A stretch of DNA of 63,512 nt, counting the filler. It is 12 parts of 12 records of this genome, joined end to end, with 100 filler letters (N's around TTAATTAATTAA, not from the genome) between each part and the next. Parts side by side here need not be neighbours in the genome. Positions count along the whole stretch, not along the records: positions 27,748 to 37,253 come from SRR7504441_6562; positions 37,354 to 41,272 come from SRR7504441_6572; 10 more parts are not named here. One strand, 5' to 3'. The notes under the pieces are model-generated. The model did no database searches and was not told the DNA's origin. It saw only the letters and a list, made by a program, of their open reading frames with translations. Of the stretch, positions 27,999 through 39,163 are shown piece by piece; position 1 is the stretch's first letter, and every line of letters begins with the position of its first letter. The translations under genes were made by a program, and so were the position numbers.

Positions 27999-29176
27999 TC
28001 AGCCATCTTCACAATTGATATGCACCAACGCCTGTGGGGACGTAAAGAACGGTAGCTCATGCGTGCCGCGCTTGGCAAACTCATCGCGGTACGGCTTATA
28101 GACCGAAGGGTATCGGTAGAAAGGAAGCGCGGGGAATAAGTGGTGGATGTTGTGGTAGTTCTGCATCAGCATTCCTGCCGTGAACCAGTTCTCACTGAGA
28201 CCAAACGGTGCCAGCGCAACATGTGTTGCTGCGAACTGGCTGTGCGCGCGGGGCACCAAGTGCGGCCGGTGTGGGACGTAATCAAACACGTACATAAGGT
28301 ACATAGAGCTAGTCATGAACGGAGCCACGTACAGCGCCCACACACCGGATCCAAGAGCCGCCCACAGCGCATACGCCGTCAGCAGCGACGGCAGCAGCTC
28401 TAGGAACACAGGGCCATAGCACGTCTTCCCGAGCCTGGCTCTGCCCCACCTCATCTCCCAATCTTCGCACTGGACAGCATAGTACAAATAATAGAAATAG
28501 ACAGTCGCCCACCGGAGCGGGAGCAGCGCGGGCGGACCCTCTCCCGCCCAGTGGTCCGGGTCGAGAGAACTGCCGTCGGGCGCGCCGCTGAGGTCGTTGG
28601 TGTGTCGGTGATGGAGTAAGTGGATCATTCTAAAGGTCCGGTACATCCCGAGGAAGCAGCTGGACGAGAGGTGGCCAACTAGGCTGTTCAAATAGCGATG
28701 GCGCGGGGCCGCCGAGCCGTGTGCCGCCTCGTGCATTGGCGTGAAGGCCGCGAACCCGCAGGCAGAGCCCAGCACGAAAGCGGCTGCCGACTGGGCACAG
28801 CTGGTGCTCCTGTGGCCGAGGTAGACCGACCCCCAGAAGCCACCCACCTGACACCGACTCTCAATCGCCACCAGGGCTGACAGCCTACCGAACCGGCCGC
28901 CAGCCACAGCGTCGGCCAGGCGATGCTGGGCCTTTGCAAGAGCCGCCGGTCTACAAACGCCGGCGGGGGCGGCAGCTGGGCTAGCTTGGGCGGGGCCAGC
29001 GCGGCGGTTGAGCCTCGGTGCAGCTCCAACAGATATCCGGGGATCAGGATCAGCAGAAACAAGTAGTGCAGCTCGAATAGGGTGCGCGCCCCGGCCAAGC
29101 CGGCACAGAGGCTCCGCGCAGCCGCCAGCGAGGTCCCGAACACGGCGGCGATCTGAAGCCAAGTGCGCAGAGCCAT
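27999..29176 (-). CDS. Membrane fatty-acid desaturase superfamily, CrtR (beta-carotene hydroxylase)-like
   Basis: His boxes HEAAH, HLLHHRH, QNYHNIHHLFP, plus FDYVPHRP; one intron near 28850-28885. Confidence 0.8.
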
Positions 29177-29255
29177 GCAGCCAGCTCCCGGCCTTATTAG
29201 CCGGTCATCCAGCTGTCCACGTGGAGCTGAGCAACAACGGATTCTAACGGCCGCG

Positions 29256-30083
29256 ATGCCGCGACGGGGTCGGGCTCGAGAGCCCCGGCAAGCTGCGGCG
29301 CCGAGCGAGCACTCCTCGCTGGAGGTGAGCGCCGGGCCCGGGCGGCGTTCTCGGTGGTGGGACGCGCCGCTCCCGCCGGGGCACCCGTTGTATCAATGGG
29401 TGATGGAGGGCCTGGCGCAGGAGGAGCGCGCTCTCCGGCAGGGCGACGTCCAGCTGCTGGTGGACTCGCAGCTCCACCTTGGGGGGTACAGGGGGCACCA
29501 GCGCGGGTATGGCTGCAGCCTGACGTTCGGCCCTCGCAAGATAGTGGTCTCGGTGAAAAACACAGGCCGGAAGCTCTACGTGGAGCTGTCAGCCATCGTG
29601 CACGGCTACGATGCGCTGGCGTGGAAGCTAGACATGGGGCGCCAGATACTGGACATCCGAGAGGGTGTCATCCGGGGCTGCGGCGGCAAGCTGCAGGTGA
29701 CGGGACGGGTCCAGGCGCCACTCTGCGCAACGGGCAAGCTGCGGCTCGAGGCCGACGCTGTGCTCATGCCGTTTGTGGAGTCGTTGCGAGTGCCTGAGTG
29801 CTCCTCTGGGGGTGGCCCAGCCGCTCGGAGACCGTGCGCTTCGGGGCTGTACAGGCAATGGGATCTTCAGGAAGAAAAGCGTGCCATCGTGTGGAGTGTG
29901 ATGCTGTGCCGGCAACGGACGAGAGGCTTGGGTAGAGGCTTGGGCACGTTGCCCGATTGCCTAATGGCGCGCATATTTAGTTTCGCCTTCCCACCGGGAG
30001 ATGTATATCCGTTCTGTCCTGCGCAGCCGCAAGATACGAGTAGCTTTTCAAGCTACGAACTTTTCGAGCTTTACAAACCTTGA
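29256..30083 (+). CDS. Hypothetical protein
   Basis: Long ORF; AACGG motifs directly before the ATG; AT-rich 3' flank. Confidence 0.55.
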   Translation: MPRRGRAREPRQAAAPSEHSSLEVSAGPGRRSRWWDAPLPPGHPLYQWVMEGLAQEERALRQGDVQLLVDSQLHLGGYRGHQRGYGCSLTFGPRKIVVSVKNTGRKLYVELSAIVHGYDALAWKLDMGRQILDIREGVIRGCGGKLQVTGRVQAPLCATGKLRLEADAVLMPFVESLRVPECSSGGGPAARRPCASGLYRQWDLQEEKRAIVWSVMLCRQRTRGLGRGLGTLPDCLMARIFSFAFPPGDVYPFCPAQPQDTSSFSSYELFELYKP

Positions 30084-30833
30084 TCATACTTAATTATCAT
30101 AAACAAACATTCCCTAGCGTTGGTTCTATACAAGGCCAACTGGATAATTTTGAAACAAGCACACATGCCCTAGCACTCGAGCTCTGTGCGTGCTGATAGC
30201 TAAACACGGAACCGCTATGCAACAGGTTGTGGCTTTGCAACCGGCTCGTCTGCTTTTAACGTCGTTGCTCCCCGGGCCCGTTTCATGAAGTCATTGCCCT
30301 TGGCCCACATTTGCTCCCTAGATAATGGCTCACGGCTGGATGCAACCGTCCGGTCAGCACAGACACAAACGCTTGCCGAGTGAGCTACCTGGTGCATGGC
30401 CGATCGACAACCTTTGAGCCGCGAAAGCTTTCACCACCTTTCACATGTGCCAGTGGATACCTGTTTCCTCTAGAGCATGCTGGTTGCTGACACCCACGCG
30501 ATCAGACATTATAGTATGCAATGCTATCCTCACTTGGCATAAGCGCAGCACCAGTAATACTGCCCAATGCCTAGAGCCCGCACTCTATGATGCGCCCTCA
30601 CTGCCTGCACAAAGTGGGCATACTGGCATGCATCGGCTCATGGAACAACCGGCCGACTCGGGCTGACCAACCAGTGCCCAGCTCCGCACTGGGCCGGTAC
30701 CGATCGCTGCAGCAGTAGCAGTTGCATTCCGACGGCGCGCAGAGCCTAAAGTCCCACGGGCAGCAGCAGCATGCCATCCGCTCGGCCCCGCAGAGGCCGC
30801 AGTTATTATTATTTTACCGTTAAAATTCCGTCT

Positions 30834-33716
30834 ATGGTGCACCGGTGTGCCCTGGCCGGATTGCTGGTGGCCCTGGCGGCGGGCCAGCTGCCGCCGCAGC
30901 TGCCGGCCTGGTACGAGGTGCGCAACATGACCCAACCGGTCGACCACTTCAACGCCGAGCGCAACGAGACCTTCGACCAGCGCTACCTGCTCAACGCAAC
31001 CCACTGGCGCGGCCCGCCCTACCCTATCGTGTTCTACACCGGGGCCGAGGGCACCGGGGTCGAGGCCATCTTCGGCCATTCGGGCTGGGTGCTCGCGCTG
31101 GCCGAGCAGCTCGGGGCTCTGGTCGTGTTCGCCGAGATGCGGTTCTTCGGGGCCTCACTCCCCTTCGGGGATCCGGGCTCGTTCGAGCGGTCGGCCGATC
31201 GGCTCGGGCTGCTGAGCATTGAGCAGACCATTGCCGACTACGCCAACCTGATCGCGACGGTGCGCGACGAGCACGGCGCCGCGCACAGCCCTGTGGTGTC
31301 CCTGGGCGGGTCGTTGGCTGGTTCGCTGTCCTTCTTCCTGCGGTCAAAATACCCCTCTGCGGCCGACATGGCGCTGGCCTCCTCGGCGCCGATCCTAGGG
31401 TACCCTGGGCTCACCTCCCCGTATGGCTGGTACAGAGTAGCCACCGCCACTTACGAGACTCAGGCGCCAGGCTGCCCAAACATGATCCGGGAGTGCTTCA
31501 CAGACCTGATGTCTGCCTCAGGGCCGCAGCTGTCCACCGCCTTCAACACCTGCACCCCAGTCCTGGACAGCACCCGGTTCGCGCAGGCGATGGCGTCACG
31601 CCTCACGGGGAGCCTCGCCGCGGCTGCTGAATCGTCCTACCCGCCCAGATTCTCGCCCGTGATCCAGCACTGCCAAGACATCAAGAGAGCCGGACCTGGA
31701 GCCAAGGGCCTGCGCCCTTTGGTGCTGCCGCCCGGTCAGTGCCTGCAAGTCCCGTCGGTGCTCGCCAGCCACCAGCCGGGCAGGCCGGGCCGCGAGGTGG
31801 GTGGGCGGTCGGATGATAGTTGGGATTATCTCGCCTGCACAGAGATCATCCACCCGATTGCAGCAAACAACCAGTCAGACATGTTCCCGCCCGCCGGCTG
31901 GAGCTTAGCCGGGCTGGCGGGCTGGTGCCGGCAGCTGTTCGGCGTGGAGCCCCGGCCCAGCTGGCTGCCTCTGAGCATGGGCATGGCACATCCTGAGCGA
32001 CTGGCCTCGTCTGTCAGCAGAGTGATCTTCAGCAACGGTCTGCTCGACCCATGGTCGGCCCAGTCAGTCACGCACAACCTGTCGGAGACGCTGATAGCTA
32101 TCAACATTGCGGACGGGTCGCATCACTCGGACCTTGGCGCACCATCAAACCCAACAGTCTCTGTAAACGACTCAGCCTCTCTGGTCGAGGCCCGAGCCAA
32201 GATCCTGAGCATTCTGAAGCAGTGGATAGCCGAAGCGCAGCAGCTGAGGGCACCGCCGCCCCAAGCTGGCCTGTGCGAGTTCCCTGGATCCAATGGGCCC
32301 GCTGTGCTTGACAGCCAGTTCACGTGCATGCCCGGCTCCCTAGAGAGTGCTGGCCAGCGCCTGACCACTCAGCTAACCGGCAGCGTTCCTCAGCACATGT
32401 ACGTCGACACAAAGCCGACGCTCTACGATATGAGTCCGGTCTCCACGTTTGTTGACTCTGAGACTGGGCGGGTTAAGGCCGCTGTGATTCCCCGCTGCAC
32501 CGATCTAAGCGCTGTGGTGACCTCCTTATGGCTGCCTGTTGCTGACGCCCTGCTCTGTGACAGAAAAGGATGCTCGAGCTAGCCAAGGCCGACGGTGCAG
32601 TGATCGCTCTGCTCACTGAGGAAGCCTTTGGAGCCGCTAAGCACGACGGCCCCGGCGAGGGCTTGACCGGTGGCAATATCAGCGCCGTCGCTGCGGCTGC
32701 CAAGTCGGTGGGAATCTACGTGGTCTGCCCGTTCAGGATTGCCGCTGCCCCTGGCGAGTCTTACAATGGTGCTGTCATCGTCGGTCGCAACGGCACCGTG
32801 CTGAGGGCTCGGTTTTCTGGGCTGGACAGCTACCAAAAGCTGTATCCAGTGCTAGGCTGGCCTCTAGGCCCCCTGACAACTGACCTGCCCGGCGGTGACA
32901 AGCCTGCCTTCTCCCTGCAATCGGGAGAGATCCCGGTGGTTCCTGGGCAGCGCGGCGTGCAGGTAGTTTCCTAGCCGAGCCGCGCTCTGACTGTCGGTTG
33001 GCGAGGTGTGGGACCTGCCCGAGATAGGCCGCGTGGCGGTGCTGATCTGCTTTGATGTCAATTTCTTCGAGGTGTGGCACCAAGCATACGCGCTGGGCGC
33101 AAGGGTGGTCTTTTGGCCGTCGATGATGAGTTCGGCTGACCGCGATGCGATGTCGCTGGCACGGCTGTTTCGGTATCACATTGTGGCAAACGGCAAACCT
33201 GGAGCGGTGTACGATACTACTGGTCGGCCAGTCCAGGACCAGAAGACCGTGCACTCTGGGGATGGCGATGTGGTGACTGGTACGATGGATCTCGACAGCG
33301 AGTGGCTGCACGGCAACGGGCCAGGCACCCTGATCTGCCCTGGGCTGACCGAAATGTGTCGCGAGCACCCTGGTGTGTTTGAGCTCAGCGTGGCTGGCTG
33401 TGGTGGGGCTGCAGCGACAGGCTGCAACAGTACGACGCCCGGACCGGAGGATCCCGAGGATAATCAAGTGTTTCTAGTCCGGTCGTTGAGACCTGACGTG
33501 ATGACGGTGCGGCAAGGCTTTGCGAAGTATGGGCTGGTAGCATACCGCGACTACATCTTCAAGAGCAGACAGGGGGTCAACTCCCTCCGACAGGCCAAGG
33601 CCGACATTCCCTCGCCAGACGCGCAACTGAAACCGCAGCACAGCGAAGAGCGAGCCCTTGAGCTGGAGATTGCCACGTTACAACGCCGACTAGATGCGTT
33701 GCGCGAATCCAACTAA
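30834..33716 (+). CDS. Secreted S28 serine peptidase (PRCP/DPP7-like) fused to a carbon-nitrogen hydrolase (nitrilase-fold) domain
   Basis: QPVDHF, YTGAEG, GGSLAG, NGLLDPW, HHSDL; then LLTEE, YQK, ICFD; introns 32517-32563 and 32963-33005 restore one frame. Confidence 0.8.
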
Positions 33717-33762
33717 CGTTAGGCTTATGTTGAACTCTAGTGTACGTCAATCGTGTATTCAA

Positions 33763-34689
33763 TTAGCTAATGAGCTGGCATATTAGGCCGCGACGGGCGT
33801 CGAGTTCGGTTCTCTTAGCTCTCTCTACCCCCCTCAGCATCTCGATGCGCTCCTCGGCTATTACAAGCTCGGCAGTATACTTCTCCAAGTCTCTCGCCAA
33901 TTCTGCCTGCTCCTCCGTCCGGATGCTGAGCTCAGTCATCACCGCCGCCAGCCGGGCCTTCTCAGCCGCTGCTTCCACCTCGACTGCTTGCAGCGCTGCC
34001 TCCTGTGCCCTCCTCAGCTCTTTCCACTCGCTCGCCTTGCCAGACGCTTCACTCTGCCATTTCTCATAGCTGGCCTCCGCGTCCGCCAGCCGCGCCTCGC
34101 ACAGCACCGCGCTGTCCATCGCCCCGCGCGCCGCCTCCCGCCGGATCCTGGTCACCCGCTCGAGCTCCGCAATAAACCGCTCCGCGTCGCCGGCCTCCTT
34201 GGCCGCCCGCGAGGCGGCCCCTTCGGCCCCGCGGAGCCGTCGCCGGGCATCCTCGCGCCGCTTGGTCGCTGCAGACAGCCTGCCCACCGGGCACTCCGCC
34301 GGCTCGGCGGCTGGAGGCTCGGGCTGCTCCGGTTGCACCACCGCGGCCAGCGCCGCCTCGAACAAGCTCGCCTCCCGTGCGCTGCCGGCCCACTCCTGCT
34401 TCCAGCCGGCGAACAGCTGCACCAGCTGCGCCAAGGCGATCCGGCCGTCGCCGTCCGGCCGAAGGCACCGCTCGGCCGCCTGGACGGCGTCAGGGGACTG
34501 GCCGAAGATCCTGTCGATCAGCAGGTGCTTGCTGACGGGGCCGGGCCCGACGTGTGCGTACACGGCGGTGACGGTGGCCAGCTCGCCCGCCGAGAGCACC
34601 GGCGGCGGCGGCGGGGCGGCAGGCGAGCGGGTGGGCCGCGGCTCCTCCTGCAGGACCTGGGTCATCACCACACCGAGCAGCTCTTCCAT
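33763..34689 (-). CDS. Coiled-coil hypothetical protein
   Basis: A/E/R-rich heptad C-terminal half; possible degenerate EF-hand DGDGRI. Confidence 0.6.
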   Translation of the reverse strand: MEELLGVVMTQVLQEEPRPTRSPAAPPPPPVLSAGELATVTAVYAHVGPGPVSKHLLIDRIFGQSPDAVQAAERCLRPDGDGRIALAQLVQLFAGWKQEWAGSAREASLFEAALAAVVQPEQPEPPAAEPAECPVGRLSAATKRREDARRRLRGAEGAASRAAKEAGDAERFIAELERVTRIRREAARGAMDSAVLCEARLADAEASYEKWQSEASGKASEWKELRRAQEAALQAVEVEAAAEKARLAAVMTELSIRTEEQAELARDLEKYTAELVIAEERIEMLRGVERAKRTELDARRGLICQLIS

Positions 34690-34781
34690 GTGAATCCGTC
34701 TCAAAATCTAACGGAATTCCCTACCACTGCGCAACGTGGGCACGAGCTTGACGAGAGTGTCGATGAGCCAGCTGAAGAGCC

Positions 34782-36869
34782 ATGACGCGGTGGCTCCTCG
34801 CTCTCCTGCCAGCGGCGGTCAGCGCGGCGACCTGGAGCGTCGAGCTTCGCCCCAACGGCGCGTTCGACCTGCTGCGGGACGGAATCCGTCTGCTCAAGGC
34901 CGGCTGCCCCAGCCTGGTGCCCGCCGGCCGGCCCGGCCCGGTCTCGCTGTGCGCCGGCTCGCTCTACGCCGCGCAGCTGGGCCCCGCCACCCGGGGGAAC
35001 GACAGCCGGCTGGGGCCGTACTGGCGGCACCGGCTGAGCTACACCCCGAGGGCGGGGGCGCCTACCGGGGCGGCTACGCTCGAGTTCCGGATGTTTGAAG
35101 AAGCGGCGCAGATCCAGCTCCAATTCGGATCCCCGGTGCTCACCAACTGGCTGGCCCCGGTGGCGGACGCCGTGTGGTCGCTCGGGGAGCCGTTGTGGGA
35201 TCGGACCGAGCTCCGGCTGCTGAACGTGCCGATGGACAACGACATCCAGTCCATGTACGCGAGCCTGCCGGTGGTTGAAGGCACCTCCATGTTCGTGACC
35301 AGCATCTACCACCCGCGCGCCCGGAAAGGGCTGGTGCTGGGCTTTCTGGAGCACAGGCTGTTCAAGAGCGGGATCAAGTACAGCCTGGACAGGCTCACGG
35401 CTGTCGCTGGAGTGAATGGCAATCTACTCACCAGGGATGCGCTGCCTCACGGGATGGCCAATGCGACCAGCAGCCCCTGGCTCTCGATCGGGCTGTACCA
35501 AGACTGGAGGGCGGGCATGGAGCACTATGCCGACATGCAAATCGAGAACAACGGCCGGCCTGTCGAGCGCCCTGACGGCTGGAGTGCGGCGCCGGTGGCA
35601 GGCTGGAACTCCTGGGCGATGGCCGCTCAAGGGGTTGGCCAGCCCAATCTGACAAACATGGTGGCCGTGTCTGACGTGCTGAGGCCGCTGAAGATGAATG
35701 GGTTCGGGTCGGAGGAGCAGCCGCAGGTGGTGACGAGGGACGCTGTGTATAATGTGAACGAGAGTGTGACCCGGGCCTGGGTGGCGCACGCCAAGCGGAA
35801 CGGGCAGCGCGTGGGCACATACAACGGCCCGTTTAATTGGTATGGCGGACTGACGCCTCAGAAGCTGAACGAGAAGATTGACTGCAATGACAAGCCTTGC
35901 AACAGCTCAGACCAGTGCTGGAGGGTGGGCGATGTCTTGCTTAAAGACACCGCTGGAGCTCCTGTCCTACCCCTTCAGCTGCGCATGGGCGTTGGAGGCG
36001 GTGGCATTCGAGACCCAACGCATCCGCAGACTGCGTGTATGCTCAAAGCGACAGTTGAGCAAGAGATTGCCAACGGCTACACATATTTCAAGTTTGATTT
36101 CCTCAACATGGCAGCGTACGAGGGCGAGCGATTCAACATGACCGCCGCCCCCACTGGCATGGCCGCCTACAACTACGGGCTCGCCCTACTGGCGGAGGCT
36201 GTCAACGGCCGTGCGATGATCGAGTATGCAATCTCGCTGCCACTGCCAGTTGGGCCCGCAGGGCATGCGCGGCACCAGGGATGCGAGCAGATGTACGGCG
36301 GCGTGGAGTACGGAATGAACGAATTTGCTGGCGGCTGGTGGCTGAATCGGCTCTACAGCTGGCTGGACCCAGACTTGGTCACGTTCCAAGGCGACTTTTG
36401 GTTCCGGCCCAAGTTTGGGAAGGTCTCTAAGAAGGTCTCAATGGACGCTGAGTCTCGCGTTGCCAAGGCGGTGGTGTACGGAGGACTTTTCAAGAACGGC
36501 GACGACCTGCTCAACTCTACCAATGCAGGCTTGGTGCAGCGGTACTTGGGGAACCCGATCGTGAATCAGATGTGGAGCACAGCCCGTGCTGGAGTGCCGG
36601 CCGCTGCCTTCCGGCCGGCCAGCTGGGGCGACGGAGTCATCTTTGCCCCCTCGGTGTTCATGCGGCTGAATGGCGATGTGGCGGTGTTCAACTATTTCCC
36701 GATCCGAAGAACTGTTCATGTGCAACTGGCTGAGACCAATCTCGATTGCAATGCGACGATCAGCTGTGTGAGCGCCTGGACAAACGAGTCGATTAGCGGG
36801 GTTTCAAAGGGCGCTGTGCAGGTAGAGCTCGAGCCGGCCACCTCGGCATTGCTAATGTGTCGCAACTGA
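34782..36869 (+). CDS. Secreted clan GH-D glycoside hydrolase (GH27/GH36 alpha-galactosidase-like)
   Basis: Signal peptide, GWNSW, DPTHP, YFKFDFL nucleophile motif, LDPD; intronless 695 aa. Confidence 0.8.
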   Translation: MTRWLLALLPAAVSAATWSVELRPNGAFDLLRDGIRLLKAGCPSLVPAGRPGPVSLCAGSLYAAQLGPATRGNDSRLGPYWRHRLSYTPRAGAPTGAATLEFRMFEEAAQIQLQFGSPVLTNWLAPVADAVWSLGEPLWDRTELRLLNVPMDNDIQSMYASLPVVEGTSMFVTSIYHPRARKGLVLGFLEHRLFKSGIKYSLDRLTAVAGVNGNLLTRDALPHGMANATSSPWLSIGLYQDWRAGMEHYADMQIENNGRPVERPDGWSAAPVAGWNSWAMAAQGVGQPNLTNMVAVSDVLRPLKMNGFGSEEQPQVVTRDAVYNVNESVTRAWVAHAKRNGQRVGTYNGPFNWYGGLTPQKLNEKIDCNDKPCNSSDQCWRVGDVLLKDTAGAPVLPLQLRMGVGGGGIRDPTHPQTACMLKATVEQEIANGYTYFKFDFLNMAAYEGERFNMTAAPTGMAAYNYGLALLAEAVNGRAMIEYAISLPLPVGPAGHARHQGCEQMYGGVEYGMNEFAGGWWLNRLYSWLDPDLVTFQGDFWFRPKFGKVSKKVSMDAESRVAKAVVYGGLFKNGDDLLNSTNAGLVQRYLGNPIVNQMWSTARAGVPAAAFRPASWGDGVIFAPSVFMRLNGDVAVFNYFPIRRTVHVQLAETNLDCNATISCVSAWTNESISGVSKGAVQVELEPATSALLMCRN

Positions 36870-37353
36870 TAAGCTTTAGATTCATTAGATGGGAGCACAC
36901 GACATTAAGGTCCAGAGCCCTAGTACATGACTAGTACATGACCGTGCATGACATTCATGATCATTGTAACCTAATTTCAATACTTAAATGTACATGTACC
37001 CACGTGTATTACAGACTAAGTGTGACCGGGCCGCGGCGCATGTACGCCTTCCGCCGTTTCACTACTAGCTTGCAGCTCATCGCGGCCAGTCGTTTCGGCG
37101 GCCAGCGGAGAGTCTCTGGTCAACCACTGCAGATCCTTGCTGCGGCGCTACTGCTGCTGCCAAACTCTCCCGAGGCGCCAGTGGCCACTGCCGTGGTTGC
37201 CTTAATCGCGGCGATCAGCGAATCCTGCGCCCCCCAGCCTGAGCGCTGCCCCCNNNNNNNNNNNNNNNNNNNNNNNNNNNNNNNNNNNNNNNNNNNNTTA
37301 ATTAATTAANNNNNNNNNNNNNNNNNNNNNNNNNNNNNNNNNNNNNNNNNNNN

Positions 37354-38529
37354 CCTGCAGCAGAAGAGGAAGCAGCCGCCGAGGAGGAGGAGGAGGAGGA
37401 GGAACCGGCAGGAGCAGAGCAGCAGCAGCCGGCAGCAGCCGCAGAAGTACCGGCGGCACCTGAGCCGCGGAAGCGGCGGAGGGACAACTCGCGGAGCGGC
37501 GGAGCTAGCGGGCAGTCGGCAGGGGAGAGCCGGCCGCGGCGGTTCCGAGTGGCCAGGCGGAGCCAGTCGGCTGACCGGAGCCCGGAGAAGGGTGCGGCGG
37601 CGGGGGAGGCGCCGGCCAAGCTGGCCAGGTTCGTGTCGCAGCCGGGCCAGGCCGGTGCCAAGCTGGTGCTCCGGCTGGAAGATGACCAGAGCTCGACCAT
37701 CTACGGGGCGGCCGGGAGCAAGGCGTGCGTGAGCATCGCGGTGCAGACCATATCCTGGTTCCTCAAGCACCCGTCGGCGCTGATGGAGCTGCGCGAACGG
37801 AACGCGGTGGGCGAGCTGCTCAAGTTGGAGGCCGAGCTGGCCTTCCAGTGCATAGAGTGCGGCGTGCAGAAACACATGGCACTCCCGACCTGGATCAAAT
37901 CCGGCCCGGACGGCACGGTGGTCAACTCCGAGGCGGTGCTGTACGCCGAGCTCAAGCCAGAGCAGGTCAAGTTCAGCTCTCAGACGCTCAAAGGCCAGCT
38001 CGGGCGCGGCCAGCCGCAGATAGCTGAGGCGGCCTGGGCGATGCGGTTGGGCGAGGGGGCGCTGCTGCTGTTCGAGCACTCGCCTGGGGTGGGGCACGCC
38101 CTGGCGCTGCTCAAGAACGGCCAGGAGGAGATTGTGTTGTTCGACAGTGCGGTCCAGACTTCAGCCGGCTGCCACGCGCTGCTGCTCGTGTGCAGCTCCG
38201 TTGGCGGGCTGGCCAGTCAGCTCGAGCAGCACCTGCGGGGATGCGCCGCCCAGAACGCCTGGCAGATGTTCTTCGTGGAGGCTGGGCCGGCCGTGCAGGA
38301 CGCGTCAAAGCTGCGACGCGAGCTAGACTGGTGGCGGGACAAGAGCAAGGAGTGGCTCAAGCGGGCGGCCTCGATGAGCCAGCAGATGCAGAAGCTGGAG
38401 CAACGGAACGCGGACCTGACCCTGCAGAACCAGAACTTGTCGGCGGAGAGGGATAGGGCGATGCGGATGCTGGTCGAGTCACTCAAACCAGAGCAGCCTA
38501 CACGGCTAGTCCGATCCAACTCATTCTGA
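37354..38529 (+). CDS. Hypothetical protein with possible papain-like/viral-tegument-DUB-like domain and coiled coil, 5' partial
   Basis: DQSS..GSKACVSIA, GHALAL, VLFDS; C-terminal coiled coil. Confidence 0.5.
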   Translation, partial: PAAEEEAAAEEEEEEEEPAGAEQQQPAAAAEVPAAPEPRKRRRDNSRSGGASGQSAGESRPRRFRVARRSQSADRSPEKGAAAGEAPAKLARFVSQPGQAGAKLVLRLEDDQSSTIYGAAGSKACVSIAVQTISWFLKHPSALMELRERNAVGELLKLEAELAFQCIECGVQKHMALPTWIKSGPDGTVVNSEAVLYAELKPEQVKFSSQTLKGQLGRGQPQIAEAAWAMRLGEGALLLFEHSPGVGHALALLKNGQEEIVLFDSAVQTSAGCHALLLVCSSVGGLASQLEQHLRGCAAQNAWQMFFVEAGPAVQDASKLRRELDWWRDKSKEWLKRAASMSQQMQKLEQRNADLTLQNQNLSAERDRAMRMLVESLKPEQPTRLVRSNSF

Positions 38530-38736
38530 GCCGCCGCAAAGCGTAATAATAAACCACCCGCCCGGGACGCGGTTGTAAAGACTTAGAGTGTTCAATACGT
38601 ACGAGTATAAGCGCTCAACGCCTAGAACGACTGAGAACCGATCGAACCGATTGCCCCAACCAAAGCACCTCGACACGAGCAGAAAGCGCAGCCGGCTCGG
38701 GCTGGCGGTGCCAGGTTTTGATCTTTTATTCTATTG

Positions 38737-39112
38737 TCAGCTCGGCGGGTCCACTAGCATCCACAGCACGTCCTCAGCCCGGACGAGCACCTCGCCGTAC
38801 GTGCCGAGCCCAGTCTCCAGCTGGGAGACCTGCCGCCCACTCAGCCGGCCCTCGCCGCCCGACCGGCCTGGAAGAATCCCTGCTTGCCGTCGGTGGCGCA
38901 CAGCAGCCCACGCACCTCCAGCCTGCCCCCGGGCGGTCGGCGGGCACAGCGCGGCCGGCACCCTTCGGTGGTGTGCAGGGTGATCCGCCGCCCGACTGCC
39001 GCCTCCCAGAAGCTGCCGACCGGCTGGCCCAACGCCCACAGCGCCCGCACCGGAGCGCCGCCAGCCGCTCAGCACTCAGCTGGCGTTGCTGCTCGTCCAG
39101 CTCTTCGGGCAT
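38737..39112 (-). CDS. GEMIN7: Gem-associated protein 7 (SMN complex, Sm-like fold)
   Basis: Spliced product ..AVGRRITLHTTEGLEVRGLLCATD..FFQVSQLETGLGTYGEVLVRAEDV matches Gemin7 (GATD..FYVSQLQTPIG..ALLRCSDI); 3 introns, one GC-AG (38830-38867). Confidence 0.75.
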
Positions 39113-39163
39113 CAGCTGGCTTTAACTTTCAACGGAACTCGTGCATCCATTTTCCCGGTTGCT

